32,000 bases of DNA, from positions 900,001 to 932,000 of the forward strand of contig NZ_CP179200.1 in assembly GCF_051201565.1 (NCBI RefSeq), written 5' to 3'. The translations under genes and the position numbers were made by a program. Shown piece by piece: positions 23,374-32,000 of the stretch (positions are counted from its first letter, which is position 1; every line of letters starts with the position of its first letter). Under the pieces are notes generated by a model. That model worked only from the letters and a program-made list of their open reading frames with translations. It searched no databases and was not told where the DNA came from. This DNA is from Pseudothioglobus sp. nBUS_23 (lineage in GTDB: Bacteria; Pseudomonadota; Gammaproteobacteria; PS1; Pseudothioglobaceae).

Positions 23374-24627
23374 ATGTTTAATAAAAATCTCACACTAAAT
23401 GACGTAGATTCTGCCATAGCAAATGTTGTTGCGGCAGAAGAAGCAAGACAAGAAGCGCATATCGAATTAATTGCATCTGAAAACTATACTTCACCTGCAG
23501 TCATGGCTTTACAAGGATCTCAACTTACTAATAAATATGCAGAAGGTTATCCTTCAAAGAGATACTATGGAGGTTGCGAACACGTTGATGTTGCTGAAGA
23601 CCTGGCAATAAGCCGTGCAAAAGAGCTTTTTGGCGCAGCCTATGCCAATGTTCAACCCCATTCTGGATCAACTGCTAACGCAGCTGTATTTCAAGCACTA
23701 TTAGTTCCTGGTGATACTATTTTAGGAATGAGTCTTGCACATGGAGGCCACTTGACGCATGGCGCAGGACCATCCTTTTCAGGTAAGCATTACAAGGCTT
23801 TTCAGTATGGTCTTGATGAAGATACGGGCGAAATTGATTATGACGAGGTTGAGAGATTAGCACTAGAACATAAACCAAAGATGGTGATTGCTGGATTCTC
23901 TGCTTATTCAAGAATTATTGATTGGCAGCGCTTTAGAGATATTGCTGATATGGTTGGAGCCTATCTTCTTGTTGATATGGCTCATGTAGCGGGTCTTATA
24001 GCTACTGGAGACTATCCATCACCCATTCAAATTGCTGATGTATGCACGACAACCACTCACAAGACTCTCAGGGGACCAAGAGGTGGATTAATCGTTGCAA
24101 GAGCGAATGAGGAAATTGAAAAAAAATTAAATTCTGCCATTTTTCCTGGTATTCAGGGAGGCCCATTGATGCATATTATTGCAGCAAAAGCGGTTGCTTT
24201 TAAAGAGGCAATGAGCGACGACTTTAAGTTATACCAAAAGCAAGTAGTTAAAAATGCAAGAGCAATGGCCAGTGTCTTTATGGAAAGGGGATACGATGTT
24301 GTCTCAGGTGGTACGGATAACCACGTATTTCTTGTTAGCTTTATTGAGCAAGGACTTACAGGAAAAGCAGTTGATGCAACCTTAGGCTCAGCCCACATAA
24401 CAGTCAACAAGAACTCTGTACCTAACGATCCTCAATCTCCATTCGTTACAAGCGGTATCAGGATTGGAACACCTGCAGCAACTACTCGTGGTTTTGGTGA
24501 AAGCGAGTGTAAAGATATTACTCATTGGATATGTGATATTTGTGATGACATCGAAAATCCAGCTGTTGTTAACGAAGTTAGAGCTAAAGTTGAAGAACTT
24601 TGTTCAAGATTTCCAGTCTATAAATAA
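23374..24627 (+). CDS. glyA: Serine hydroxymethyltransferase
   Basis: 417 aa. The motifs [30 protein letters not shown] and [14 protein letters not shown] (PLP lysine) are diagnostic. Confidence 0.97.
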   Translation: MFNKNLTLNDVDSAIANVVAAEEARQEAHIELIASENYTSPAVMALQGSQLTNKYAEGYPSKRYYGGCEHVDVAEDLAISRAKELFGAAYANVQPHSGSTANAAVFQALLVPGDTILGMSLAHGGHLTHGAGPSFSGKHYKAFQYGLDEDTGEIDYDEVERLALEHKPKMVIAGFSAYSRIIDWQRFRDIADMVGAYLLVDMAHVAGLIATGDYPSPIQIADVCTTTTHKTLRGPRGGLIVARANEEIEKKLNSAIFPGIQGGPLMHIIAAKAVAFKEAMSDDFKLYQKQVVKNARAMASVFMERGYDVVSGGTDNHVFLVSFIEQGLTGKAVDATLGSAHITVNKNSVPNDPQSPFVTSGIRIGTPAATTRGFGESECKDITHWICDICDDIENPAVVNEVRAKVEELCSRFPVYK

Positions 24628-24632
24628 TCTAA

Positions 24633-25085
24633 ATGCGCTGTCCTTTTTGTCAATCTGATGACACCAAGGTTTTAGATACAAGGCTACTTGATGATGGCTC
24701 TCAGGTTCGAAGAAGAAGAGAGTGTATTGCTTGTGGAGAAAGGCATTCTACGAGAGAGACAGTTGATTTAAATCTTCCTAGACTCATTAAGAGTGATGAT
24801 TCAAGGCAAACCTTTAGTGAAGACAAGCTTCGCTTGGGACTCTTGAAGGCCCTTGAAAAAAGACCTGTAGAAATTTCAAAAATAGAGACTGCAATCCAAA
24901 AAATTCAAAGAAGATTGATGGCACAAAATGACAGAGAAGTGCCGTCTTCAATTTTGGGTGAATGGGTTATGGAGGAGCTCAGAGCACTCGATGAAGTTGC
25001 ATACATTCGTTTTGCTTCAGTTTATAGACAATTCCAAGATATTGAGGCGTTCAAGAGTGAAATTGACAAATTAATGAATAAGTAA
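24633..25085 (+). CDS. nrdR: Transcriptional repressor NrdR (zinc ribbon + ATP-cone)
   Basis: 150 aa. MRCPFCQSDDTKVLDTR...RRRRECIACGERHSTRE is the NrdR zinc ribbon, and the ATP-cone follows. Confidence 0.97.
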   Translation: MRCPFCQSDDTKVLDTRLLDDGSQVRRRRECIACGERHSTRETVDLNLPRLIKSDDSRQTFSEDKLRLGLLKALEKRPVEISKIETAIQKIQRRLMAQNDREVPSSILGEWVMEELRALDEVAYIRFASVYRQFQDIEAFKSEIDKLMNK

Positions 25086-25089
25086 TCTT

Positions 25090-26451
25090 ATGGCAAAAGC
25101 TAAAGTCGAGTTTGTATGTCGAGAGTGTGGTGCTTCTCATCATCAATGGGCTGGTCAGTGTCTAGATTGCAAAGCATGGAACACGCTTGAAGAGATTGTC
25201 ATATCCCAGGCAACAGCTTCTAAGCCTGAGAGTCTTAAAGATCTTCCAGCATCTAAAGTTCAGCACCTGTCAGAAATTAAATCTCAAAACAAAGACAGAC
25301 TATCAACAGGACTCACTGAGCTAGATCGAACTCTTGGAGGAGGCCTCGTTGATGGATCAGTTGTCCTTATTGGTGGTGACCCTGGAATTGGCAAATCGAC
25401 ATTGATTCTTCAAGCCTTATCAACCCTAAATAAAGAAAACACAACACTCTATGTGAGCGGAGAAGAATCTGCAGAACAGGTGAGTGAGAGGGCAGTTAGA
25501 CTTGGAATCAAGGAAGATGTTCTTTTTATTGGTGAAACGCATTTAGAAAAAATTCTTAAACTTTCGAAAGATGTTCAGCCTAAAGTTATTGTTATTGACT
25601 CTATTCAAACCATGGTCACTGATTTATCTTCCTCAGCCCCTGGATCAGTAACTCAGGTTAGAGACTGTGCAGCACAGCTCACTCAATACGCTAAGCAAAC
25701 TAATACGGTATTACTCATGATTGGCCATGTAACAAAGGGTGGGGCGCTTGCGGGACCAAGAATACTGGAGCATATGGTTGATGCAGTTCTTTATTTTGAG
25801 GGGGATGCAGGTGGTCGATATCGAATCATTAGAGCAGTAAAAAATCGCTTTGGTGCAGTGAATGAAATCAGCGTATTCGCGATGGGTGAGAAGGGGCTTC
25901 AGCAAGTAAGCAATCCATCCTCAATTTTTTTATCAAATCAAGAAAATCCATCCTCAGGATCTATGGTGATGGTCACAAGAGAGGCCACAAGACCACTTTT
26001 AATTGAAATTCAAGCCCTTGTTGACCAATCTAACGGCACTCCTAAGCGAGTCAGTGTGGGTCTTGATCAGAACAGACTGGCTCTGCAGCTAGCTATTCTT
26101 CATAAACATTCTGGAATTTCAACATTTGACCAAGACGTCTTTATTAATGTGGTTGGAGGAATTAAGGTAAGCGAGACAGCATCAGACCTAGTTGTTATGC
26201 TTGCTATTGTTTCAAGCCTAAGAGATAAAGTAATTCCGAGTAATTGGATTGCGTTTGGTGAAGTAGGGTTGACGGGCGAAGTAAGGCCAGTCTATAACGC
26301 ACAAGAAAGGCTCTCTGAAGCTCAAAAGCAAGGATTTGAGGTTGCAATTATTCCTAAGGGTAACGCACCAAAGAATAACTTAAAAGGAATGAAAATTGTA
26401 CCGATAGGTTACTTATATCAAGCTATTCAATATTTGCTTGAAAATAGCTAA
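25090..26451 (+). CDS. radA: DNA repair protein RadA/Sms
   Basis: 453 aa. It has the zinc finger CRECGASHHQWAGQCLDCKAWNT, Walker A GGDPGIGKST, the RadA motif KNRFGAVNE and a Lon-protease-like C-terminal domain. Confidence 0.97.
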   Translation: MAKAKVEFVCRECGASHHQWAGQCLDCKAWNTLEEIVISQATASKPESLKDLPASKVQHLSEIKSQNKDRLSTGLTELDRTLGGGLVDGSVVLIGGDPGIGKSTLILQALSTLNKENTTLYVSGEESAEQVSERAVRLGIKEDVLFIGETHLEKILKLSKDVQPKVIVIDSIQTMVTDLSSSAPGSVTQVRDCAAQLTQYAKQTNTVLLMIGHVTKGGALAGPRILEHMVDAVLYFEGDAGGRYRIIRAVKNRFGAVNEISVFAMGEKGLQQVSNPSSIFLSNQENPSSGSMVMVTREATRPLLIEIQALVDQSNGTPKRVSVGLDQNRLALQLAILHKHSGISTFDQDVFINVVGGIKVSETASDLVVMLAIVSSLRDKVIPSNWIAFGEVGLTGEVRPVYNAQERLSEAQKQGFEVAIIPKGNAPKNNLKGMKIVPIGYLYQAIQYLLENS

Positions 26452-26455
26452 TTAT

Positions 26456-27049
26456 CTATAGATCAATTCCTTTTTGAGCTCTGATGTTAGCTCTAAAAGC
26501 GTGCTTTATATCTTCAACCTCGCTCACTGTATCTGAAATATCAATTAAGCCCTGACTGGCAGCTCTTCCAGTGATAACAACGTGTTGATCTTTTGGTCTA
26601 TTGATTAAGGCTTCCAATACATCAGACTCTTCAAGATATTTATAGTTAATCATGTAAGTGATTTCATCAAGAACTACAACTGCAATTTCTGGATTAGATA
26701 GAAATTGCTTTGCTTCATACCAAGTCGCAGTTGCTTTTATCTTATCTTGTTCCTTATCTTGAGTATCCCAAGTAAAGCCACTCTCCATATGAGCAGCAAT
26801 AATATTGGGGTGATTCTCCAAAAACAAGTCTTCTCCTGTTTGTTGGTCTCCTTTCAAGTAACGAACTAGCCCAACCTTCATGTCATAACCTAGGGCTCTG
26901 CAAATCATCCCCATTGCCGAGGATGATTTACCTTTGCCATTGCCTGTTAGAAGAACAATGATTCCCTTATCGATATTGGCTTGATCAATCCTAGAATCAA
27001 TATATTCCTTTTTGCGCTGCATACGCTTTTTATAACTACTTTCACTCAT
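26456..27049 (-). CDS. cobO: Cob(I)yrinic acid a,c-diamide / cob(I)alamin adenosyltransferase
   Basis: 197 aa. It has the P-loop LLTGNGKGKSSSAMG and the blocks VVLDEITY and VITGR typical of CobO/BtuR. It starts 22 nt downstream of the receptor gene. Confidence 0.9.
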   Translation of the reverse strand: MSESSYKKRMQRKKEYIDSRIDQANIDKGIIVLLTGNGKGKSSSAMGMICRALGYDMKVGLVRYLKGDQQTGEDLFLENHPNIIAAHMESGFTWDTQDKEQDKIKATATWYEAKQFLSNPEIAVVVLDEITYMINYKYLEESDVLEALINRPKDQHVVITGRAASQGLIDISDTVSEVEDIKHAFRANIRAQKGIDL

Positions 27050-27071
27050 ATTAATAACTCATCATACTTCA

Positions 27072-29069
27072 TTAAAATTTATAAGTAAGACCTGCTTTAA
27101 TATTTCTAGTCGAGTTATCTGGATATATAACATTATCTCTTAAACGAGTACCATAGCTATTTTCAAATAAGTTTTCAACATCGAAAGTAAAGCTTAGATC
27201 CTCATTGGGGTTGAAAGAAAAATTAAAGTTAGTTGAATTATATTCCGGCTGTTTTTTTGTAAATATATTTGCATAATCTTCTTGTGCAAAAGCCTCACTA
27301 CGATATTTTTGAGTGAGTGTCATATTAGTCTTATCACTAAAGCTGAAGATAACAGAGGCTGAGATATTATGCTTAGAGGTCATTGGATTAGTTTTTCCAT
27401 TAAGCGCTCCATTGCCTTTATCATCAGAATCTATCTTAGCAATTGTGTAGGCATAATTTAAATCGGTCGACCATTTAGGACTAAAAACATATTTATTTTG
27501 AAGCTCTAATCCTTGTTTGTGTGACTTATCAAGATTAAGATTTTCTCCCAAGCCCCAATTACCAGTACAATCTGAAGCTGCATTTGGCTTACATAAAAAC
27601 ATTTCATCTGTGATGTTCGATCTATAGATGGTTACCTTAGTCTTTGAATTTTCAGTTAGATGATTCAATCCAAGATTGAGCGTCTTACTTTTTGAAGGCT
27701 TCATAAAACCATTAAATGCTCCACTTGATGTGAAAAATCTATCAATTAACGGCGCTTGAAATGCCTGATTATAATTAGTAAATACAGTAATATTAGGAGT
27801 TAAATTTGTATTAACTCCTATGTCAAATGCATTTAAATTGTGCTTTCCAGTAAGTTTGGTTCCAACCTCTGGATCGTATGTATAATCCACTTTTTCATTT
27901 CGAGCTCCAATTGTAAAAATTAAATCATCGTTAGAATATTGAAGTTGGGAAAATATGCCTAAATTATCTTTTGATGTAGTATTTCGCGTACTTGCTGAAG
28001 TGGACTCAATTTTCCTTGCACCATCAAAAATTGATACCCCACTATCAATTTTAATATTATTATTTGAATACGTAAGCAAGTAATCCGAACTATCATAGTC
28101 ATAAACATAATTGTCAAGAGGAGGTGTTGACCAACTATATAAATTCTTACTTTCTTTATTGATACTGGATCTGTTAGTAGTGAATTTAAAATTCTCTCCC
28201 CAAATACGCTTTACTTTGAAATTTGTTGTATTAGATTCAGCGTCACGATAAGTATATCTGCTTCCTGAACCATTGCCAGCTGGGTCAGCATCGAATTGAT
28301 CATCAGTGAGATAATTTGGATATCTGATGTCAGAATTAGTTCTATATATATCTAGTGAAATCTCAGTTCCACCCTCAGTAGTGTAGGTTCCACCAATACT
28401 TGATTTGGTTTCTTCACCTTTATCTTTAATTCCATCAGTAGCAGCCTTATGAAAACCATCATGTTTAGAGTTATCTATAGAAATATTTAAGTCAATTTTT
28501 TCATCATTAATACCGACAGATGCAGAAGTCTGGGTGGTGCCATAATTGCCAGAAGTAGTTGATATTTTAGTCTGTATATTTTTTTTTGTATAGAAATGAA
28601 TTGCGCCTGCCATTGCGCTGTCACCATAAATGACTGATCCACTACCTTTAGTAATTTCGATTCTTTCGATATCATTAATGTTAATTCCAGCGATTTCTAG
28701 TCCACTGGTATCAATATTATTTAGCCTTCTGCCATTAAGGGTAGCAACAAGATTATGAGAACCAACTGTTAGACCATACCCGCGAGCTGAAATCTTCTTA
28801 GAAAACCTATTTCCACTTGAGGCAGCAAGAGATAGAGAGGTATTTTGTGATAAAAAATCGTAAATATTAGTAGCTTTCGAATTTTTTATATCATCCTGAG
28901 TATAGACTTCCGATGAGAAAGGAGCAAAGGTATCTACTTCATTAAAGTAATTTGAAGACAGCTCAGTAGGATTTAAAGTAATTTTGATTGGACCGATTAC
29001 AGCTTTTGAAGGCTGCGATAATACAAGTGCTGAAAAAGAGACAGCAAGAAATAATTTTTTATTAAACAT
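27072..29069 (-). CDS. TonB-dependent outer-membrane receptor, probable corrinoid (BtuB-like) transporter
   Basis: 665 aa. It has a signal peptide, a plug domain (DIERIEITKGSGSVIYGDSAMAGAIHFYTKK) and a beta-barrel ending in AGLTYKF with a terminal Phe. A cobalamin riboswitch sits in the 5' leader and cobO lies downstream. Confidence 0.85.
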   Translation of the reverse strand: MFNKKLFLAVSFSALVLSQPSKAVIGPIKITLNPTELSSNYFNEVDTFAPFSSEVYTQDDIKNSKATNIYDFLSQNTSLSLAASSGNRFSKKISARGYGLTVGSHNLVATLNGRRLNNIDTSGLEIAGININDIERIEITKGSGSVIYGDSAMAGAIHFYTKKNIQTKISTTSGNYGTTQTSASVGINDEKIDLNISIDNSKHDGFHKAATDGIKDKGEETKSSIGGTYTTEGGTEISLDIYRTNSDIRYPNYLTDDQFDADPAGNGSGSRYTYRDAESNTTNFKVKRIWGENFKFTTNRSSINKESKNLYSWSTPPLDNYVYDYDSSDYLLTYSNNNIKIDSGVSIFDGARKIESTSASTRNTTSKDNLGIFSQLQYSNDDLIFTIGARNEKVDYTYDPEVGTKLTGKHNLNAFDIGVNTNLTPNITVFTNYNQAFQAPLIDRFFTSSGAFNGFMKPSKSKTLNLGLNHLTENSKTKVTIYRSNITDEMFLCKPNAASDCTGNWGLGENLNLDKSHKQGLELQNKYVFSPKWSTDLNYAYTIAKIDSDDKGNGALNGKTNPMTSKHNISASVIFSFSDKTNMTLTQKYRSEAFAQEDYANIFTKKQPEYNSTNFNFSFNPNEDLSFTFDVENLFENSYGTRLRDNVIYPDNSTRNIKAGLTYKF

Positions 29070-29168
29070 TATGACCCCTAATAAATAAAATTAAAAGAGG
29101 GATTTAGAGAAAAAGGAATGCGCAAACAAGACCCTAACTCACCACCCATCGTAGTTTTAAGCTAAACA

Positions 29169-29252
29169 AAATTTGCGATGTATCGGACTGATTGAGAAAA
29201 ATACCGTTGCGAGGGCAGTGTTGGATTCACACCAACTTCCATCAACAAATTT
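29169..29252 (-). promoter_or_regulatory. Cobalamin riboswitch aptamer (compact form); the expression platform extends to the RBS at about 29075
   Basis: The minus-strand RNA reads ...AAAUUUGUUGAUGGAAGUUGGUGUGAAUCCAACACUGCCCUCGCAACGGUA...AAUCAGUCCGAUACAUCGCAAAUUU. It contains the conserved GGAAG-GGUG-GAAUCC-C-C-GCCC-CGC-AC-GUA core and a degenerate B12 box. P1 is formed by 29240-29252 with 29169-29180. Confidence 0.75.
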
Positions 29253-29398
29253 ATGTGAATTATATCTTTTTTTACTGACTGTGCAATAGTTAATTCTTGA
29301 ATTCTAATTGATCTTCCAGAAACTTAACATTAACAATACTTAAAGGGCAATAAGTCTTAGGTAAAATATGCCAAAAAGATTGAGTTAAATCTACACTT

Positions 29399-30478
29399 AT
29401 GAAAGGTAATTCGCTTGAAAACTTGAGATTACAGATTGATGAGCTGGACCAAAAGATTCAGCTTTTAATATCTGAGCGTGCTGATCTTGCTGCACAAGTT
29501 GCTCTAGTTAAACAAGAATCAAACACTCAAACTGCTTTTTATCGACCAGAGAGAGAGGCTGAGGTTTTAAGCCGAGTCATTCAGAGAAACAAAAGCTTAC
29601 TAAAGGACAAAGATATTGCGCTCATCTTTAGAGAGATTATGTCAGCGTGCCTTGCATTAGAGCAGCCATTAAAAATTGCTTTTCTTGGCCCAGAAGGAAC
29701 ATTTACTCAAGAAGCTGCCCTTAAGCACTTTGGTCACGGTGTCTCGCCATTAGATTGCGGGACAATCGATGAGATTTTCCATCAGGTTGAGACAGATAAC
29801 GCTCAATACGGTGTTGTTCCTATAGAGAACTCCTCTAATGGTGTGATTGGTACTTCTCTTGATATGCTCTATAGTCATGATTTAAATATTTGTGGTGAGG
29901 TTGAGATTGCTGTAGCGCATCACTTGATGATGCAAGACCAATCAAAGGAGATTCAAGTAATCTATGCTCATCAGCAAGCTCTGGATCAATGCCACAGGTG
30001 GCTTGCAAATCACTACCCAAATACTGAACTCAGGCCTGTAGCCTCTAATGCGTTAGCAGCAAGAATGGTTAAGGATGAGCCCAATGCAGCTGCTATTGCA
30101 TCAAAAGTTGCCTTAAATATTTATGGACTTCAAAGGGTTGCCAAAAACATTGAGGATAATGCAGGGAACGTGACTCGATTTATAGTCATTGGAAAGGACG
30201 CAGTTCCAAAAGGTGGTAATGACAAAACCTCTTTGCTAGTAGTTACAAAACATGAGTCAGGCGCGCTTTTTGATTTATTAGAGCCCTTCAAAGAAAACAA
30301 GATTAATATGCTTCAATTGGCAAGGCATCCAATCCCAGGAGTCAAATGGGAGTACCTCTTTTTTATTGATATTGAAGGGCATCAAGATGAAGATAACGTC
30401 AAACATGCCATCACAAAAATTGAATCTAGAGTTTCTAAGCTGGAGATACTTGGGTCCTACCCGGTTGCTGTTTTATGA
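29399..30478 (+). CDS. pheA: Bifunctional chorismate mutase / prephenate dehydratase (P-protein)
   Basis: 359 aa. It has an N-terminal CM_2 helix region (LRLQIDELDQKIQLLISERADLA), a PDT domain (IAFLGPEGTFTQEAA, NVTRFIVIG) and an ACT domain (WEYLFFIDIEGH). Confidence 0.92.
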   Translation: MKGNSLENLRLQIDELDQKIQLLISERADLAAQVALVKQESNTQTAFYRPEREAEVLSRVIQRNKSLLKDKDIALIFREIMSACLALEQPLKIAFLGPEGTFTQEAALKHFGHGVSPLDCGTIDEIFHQVETDNAQYGVVPIENSSNGVIGTSLDMLYSHDLNICGEVEIAVAHHLMMQDQSKEIQVIYAHQQALDQCHRWLANHYPNTELRPVASNALAARMVKDEPNAAAIASKVALNIYGLQRVAKNIEDNAGNVTRFIVIGKDAVPKGGNDKTSLLVVTKHESGALFDLLEPFKENKINMLQLARHPIPGVKWEYLFFIDIEGHQDEDNVKHAITKIESRVSKLEILGSYPVAVL

Positions 30479-31539
30479 ACGCCTGTGAATCAATCCTTGG
30501 CTTGAGTCCATATCAAGGAGGAAAGCCGATAGAAGAGCTTGCTAGGGAGCTTGGTCTTTCAAAAATTTCCAAATTGGCCTCGAATGAAAATCCACTAGGT
30601 GTTAGTCAGAAAGTGCAGAAAGCCATCAATGACTCTTTGTCCAATCTAAACCGCTACCCTGATGGCAACTGCTTTGAGCTAAAAGAAGCGATTGCTAAAA
30701 AACATGGAGTCTCATCAAGCATGGTCTCTTTAGGGAATGGCTCAAATGAGCTTTTGGAGCTCATAGCGAGGGTCTTTGTTTCAGAACACACTGACGAGGT
30801 CATTTTTTCTCAATATGCATTCGTTGTTTATCCTCTAGTGACTCAAGCCCTAGGGGCAACTGCTGTGGTTTCTCCTGCAAATGAATTTGGCCATGATTTA
30901 GATGCAATGCTGAGCCTAATATCTAATCAAACAAAGCTTATTTTTGTTGCTAATCCTAACAACCCAACTGGCACTCTTTTAAGTGATGAAGATGTTTATA
31001 GCTTTCTAAAACAAGTTCCTAGTAATATTCCAGTCGTTCTAGATCAAGCCTATTTTGAATACTTGAATATAGATGATCAAGCCATTGGCTGGCTCAATGA
31101 GTTTGAAAATCTTATTATCTCTCGAACCTTTTCAAAGGCCTATGGCCTTGCTGGGCTTCGTGTAGGGTACTCAATTTGTAGTGCACAAATTGCAGACTAC
31201 ATAAACAGAGTGCGGGAGCCATTTAATGTCAATCACACAGCCCAAATGGCTGCAATCGCTGCACTTGGTGACGATAAATACCTTTTAGACTCAGTAAAAA
31301 TGAACTCTGATGGCTATAACCAACTAGTGAAAGGCTTTGATGCGTGCAAATTAAACTACATCCCTTCTTACGCTAACTTTATAGCAGTAGAGTTTAAGGA
31401 CGCCATGAGCACTTATAACAATCTTCTCAAAGAAGGGGTTATAGTTCGCCCAGTTGAAATGAAGAATTACCTCAGGATCTCTATTGGTACTCCAAATGAA
31501 AACGACCATTTGCTTGAAGCGCTTGGAAAAGTCCTATGA
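30475..31539 (+). CDS. hisC: Histidinol-phosphate / aromatic aminotransferase (class II)
   Basis: 354 aa. Motifs: LASNENPLG, NPNNPTG and the PLP-lysine block SRTFSKAYGLAGLRVGY. It overlaps the pheA stop by 4 nt. Confidence 0.88.
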   Translation: MNACESILGLSPYQGGKPIEELARELGLSKISKLASNENPLGVSQKVQKAINDSLSNLNRYPDGNCFELKEAIAKKHGVSSSMVSLGNGSNELLELIARVFVSEHTDEVIFSQYAFVVYPLVTQALGATAVVSPANEFGHDLDAMLSLISNQTKLIFVANPNNPTGTLLSDEDVYSFLKQVPSNIPVVLDQAYFEYLNIDDQAIGWLNEFENLIISRTFSKAYGLAGLRVGYSICSAQIADYINRVREPFNVNHTAQMAAIAALGDDKYLLDSVKMNSDGYNQLVKGFDACKLNYIPSYANFIAVEFKDAMSTYNNLLKEGVIVRPVEMKNYLRISIGTPNENDHLLEALGKVL

Positions 31540-32000
31540 TTAACAAAATTACAATTATAGGTGTTGGACTAATCGGTGGCTCACTTGCACTAGCTCTCAA
31601 AGAGAGGAATTTAGCTAAAGTTGTCTTTGGTTATGGGAGAGACCAATCACGTCTTGAAGAAGCCCAAAAATCAAACATTATTGATACGTTCTCAACTAAT
31701 ATTAAAGAGGCTATCGATGAGGCTAATATTGTTGTCATTGCAACACCAGTGGGCACATTTAAGGACATTCTTAATCAAATTGAGCCGTTAATCTCAAGTA
31801 ATGTCATTATTACTGATGTAGGTAGCACTAAATCAAATATTGTTAATATTGTTAATGATGTTTTGAGAGATAAGTCAAGCTACTTTATTCCAGCGCACCC
31901 AATTGCTGGAAAGGAAAGAAGCGGCTTTGAAGTTAGTGATTCAAAGCTCTATGACGGAAAGAAGGTCATCATAACTCCGCAAGAAACGAATTCGCCTGAA
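31536..32000 (+). CDS. tyrA: Prephenate dehydrogenase (3' end beyond the window)
   Basis: Not in the ORF track (no stop in the window). The ATG at 31536 overlaps the hisC stop (ATGA). Translation MINKITIIGVGLIGGSLALALKERN...VIATPVGTF...ITDVGSTK...FIPAHPIAGKERSG shows the NAD-binding GxGxxG and the HPIAG motif. It is open for 155 codons to the window end. Confidence 0.88.
   Translation, partial: MINKITIIGVGLIGGSLALALKERNLAKVVFGYGRDQSRLEEAQKSNIIDTFSTNIKEAIDEANIVVIATPVGTFKDILNQIEPLISSNVIITDVGSTKSNIVNIVNDVLRDKSSYFIPAHPIAGKERSGFEVSDSKLYDGKKVIITPQETNSPE

Noticed and set aside
29368-29388. Six-codon mini-ORF (MPKRLS) with an AGGT SD 11 nt upstream of pheA, a possible pheL-like attenuation leader
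   Set aside because: It has no Phe codons and no terminator/antiterminator structure follows. It does not fit the pheA attenuator model.
1-32000. Search for CRISPR arrays, tRNA/rRNA genes, transposases, integrases, toxin-antitoxin pairs or known defence-system genes
   Set aside because: None found. There are no regularly spaced direct repeats, no tRNA-like cloverleaf signatures in the six longer intergenic regions, and every large ORF has a metabolic, regulatory or housekeeping assignment. The stand-alone GIY-YIG gene is the conserved YhbQ type rather than a mobile homing endonuclease.

Overview
This window is an AT-rich chromosomal segment (about high-30s to 40% GC by eye, not computed) with densely packed genes. 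It looks proteobacterial: it has glyA-nrdR, pheA-hisC-tyrA, a Bug/TTT transporter, a TonB-dependent receptor and ETF/ETF-QO. I can support 31 protein-coding genes. Two are cut by the window edges: a LysR regulator at the left and tyrA at the right. Two are missing from the supplied ORF track: the LysR N-terminus and a 49-aa Cys3-His ORF at 464-613. I also find one compact cobalamin riboswitch, two clear intrinsic terminators and several candidate operator or repeat elements. I saw no rRNA, tRNA, CRISPR array, transposase, integrase, phage or recognisable defence gene. About two thirds of the window is housekeeping: etfBA plus ETF-QO, a CreBC-like two-component pair, bcp, dadA-dadX, glyA, nrdR, radA, riboswitch-btuB-like-cobO, and pheA-hisC-tyrA. 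The best candidate for an undescribed system is the GntR-controlled locus at 677-10562. It contains tctABC, a 967-aa single-polypeptide fusion of a CoA-acylating aldehyde dehydrogenase with an AMP-forming acyl-CoA ligase, a short phosphotransacetylase, and a divergent aldolase-like plus desulfurase-like PLP enzyme pair. The chemistry resembles the SauT/SauS (sulfoacetate) route, but in fused form and without xsc in the window. Secondary candidates are an uncharacterised PhyH-cupin-DUF1185 module behind dadAX and an unusually long (about 600 bp), highly structured intergenic region at 16134-16730 containing a 141-bp inverted-repeat element. All functional calls rest on motif recognition by eye; no database search was possible.
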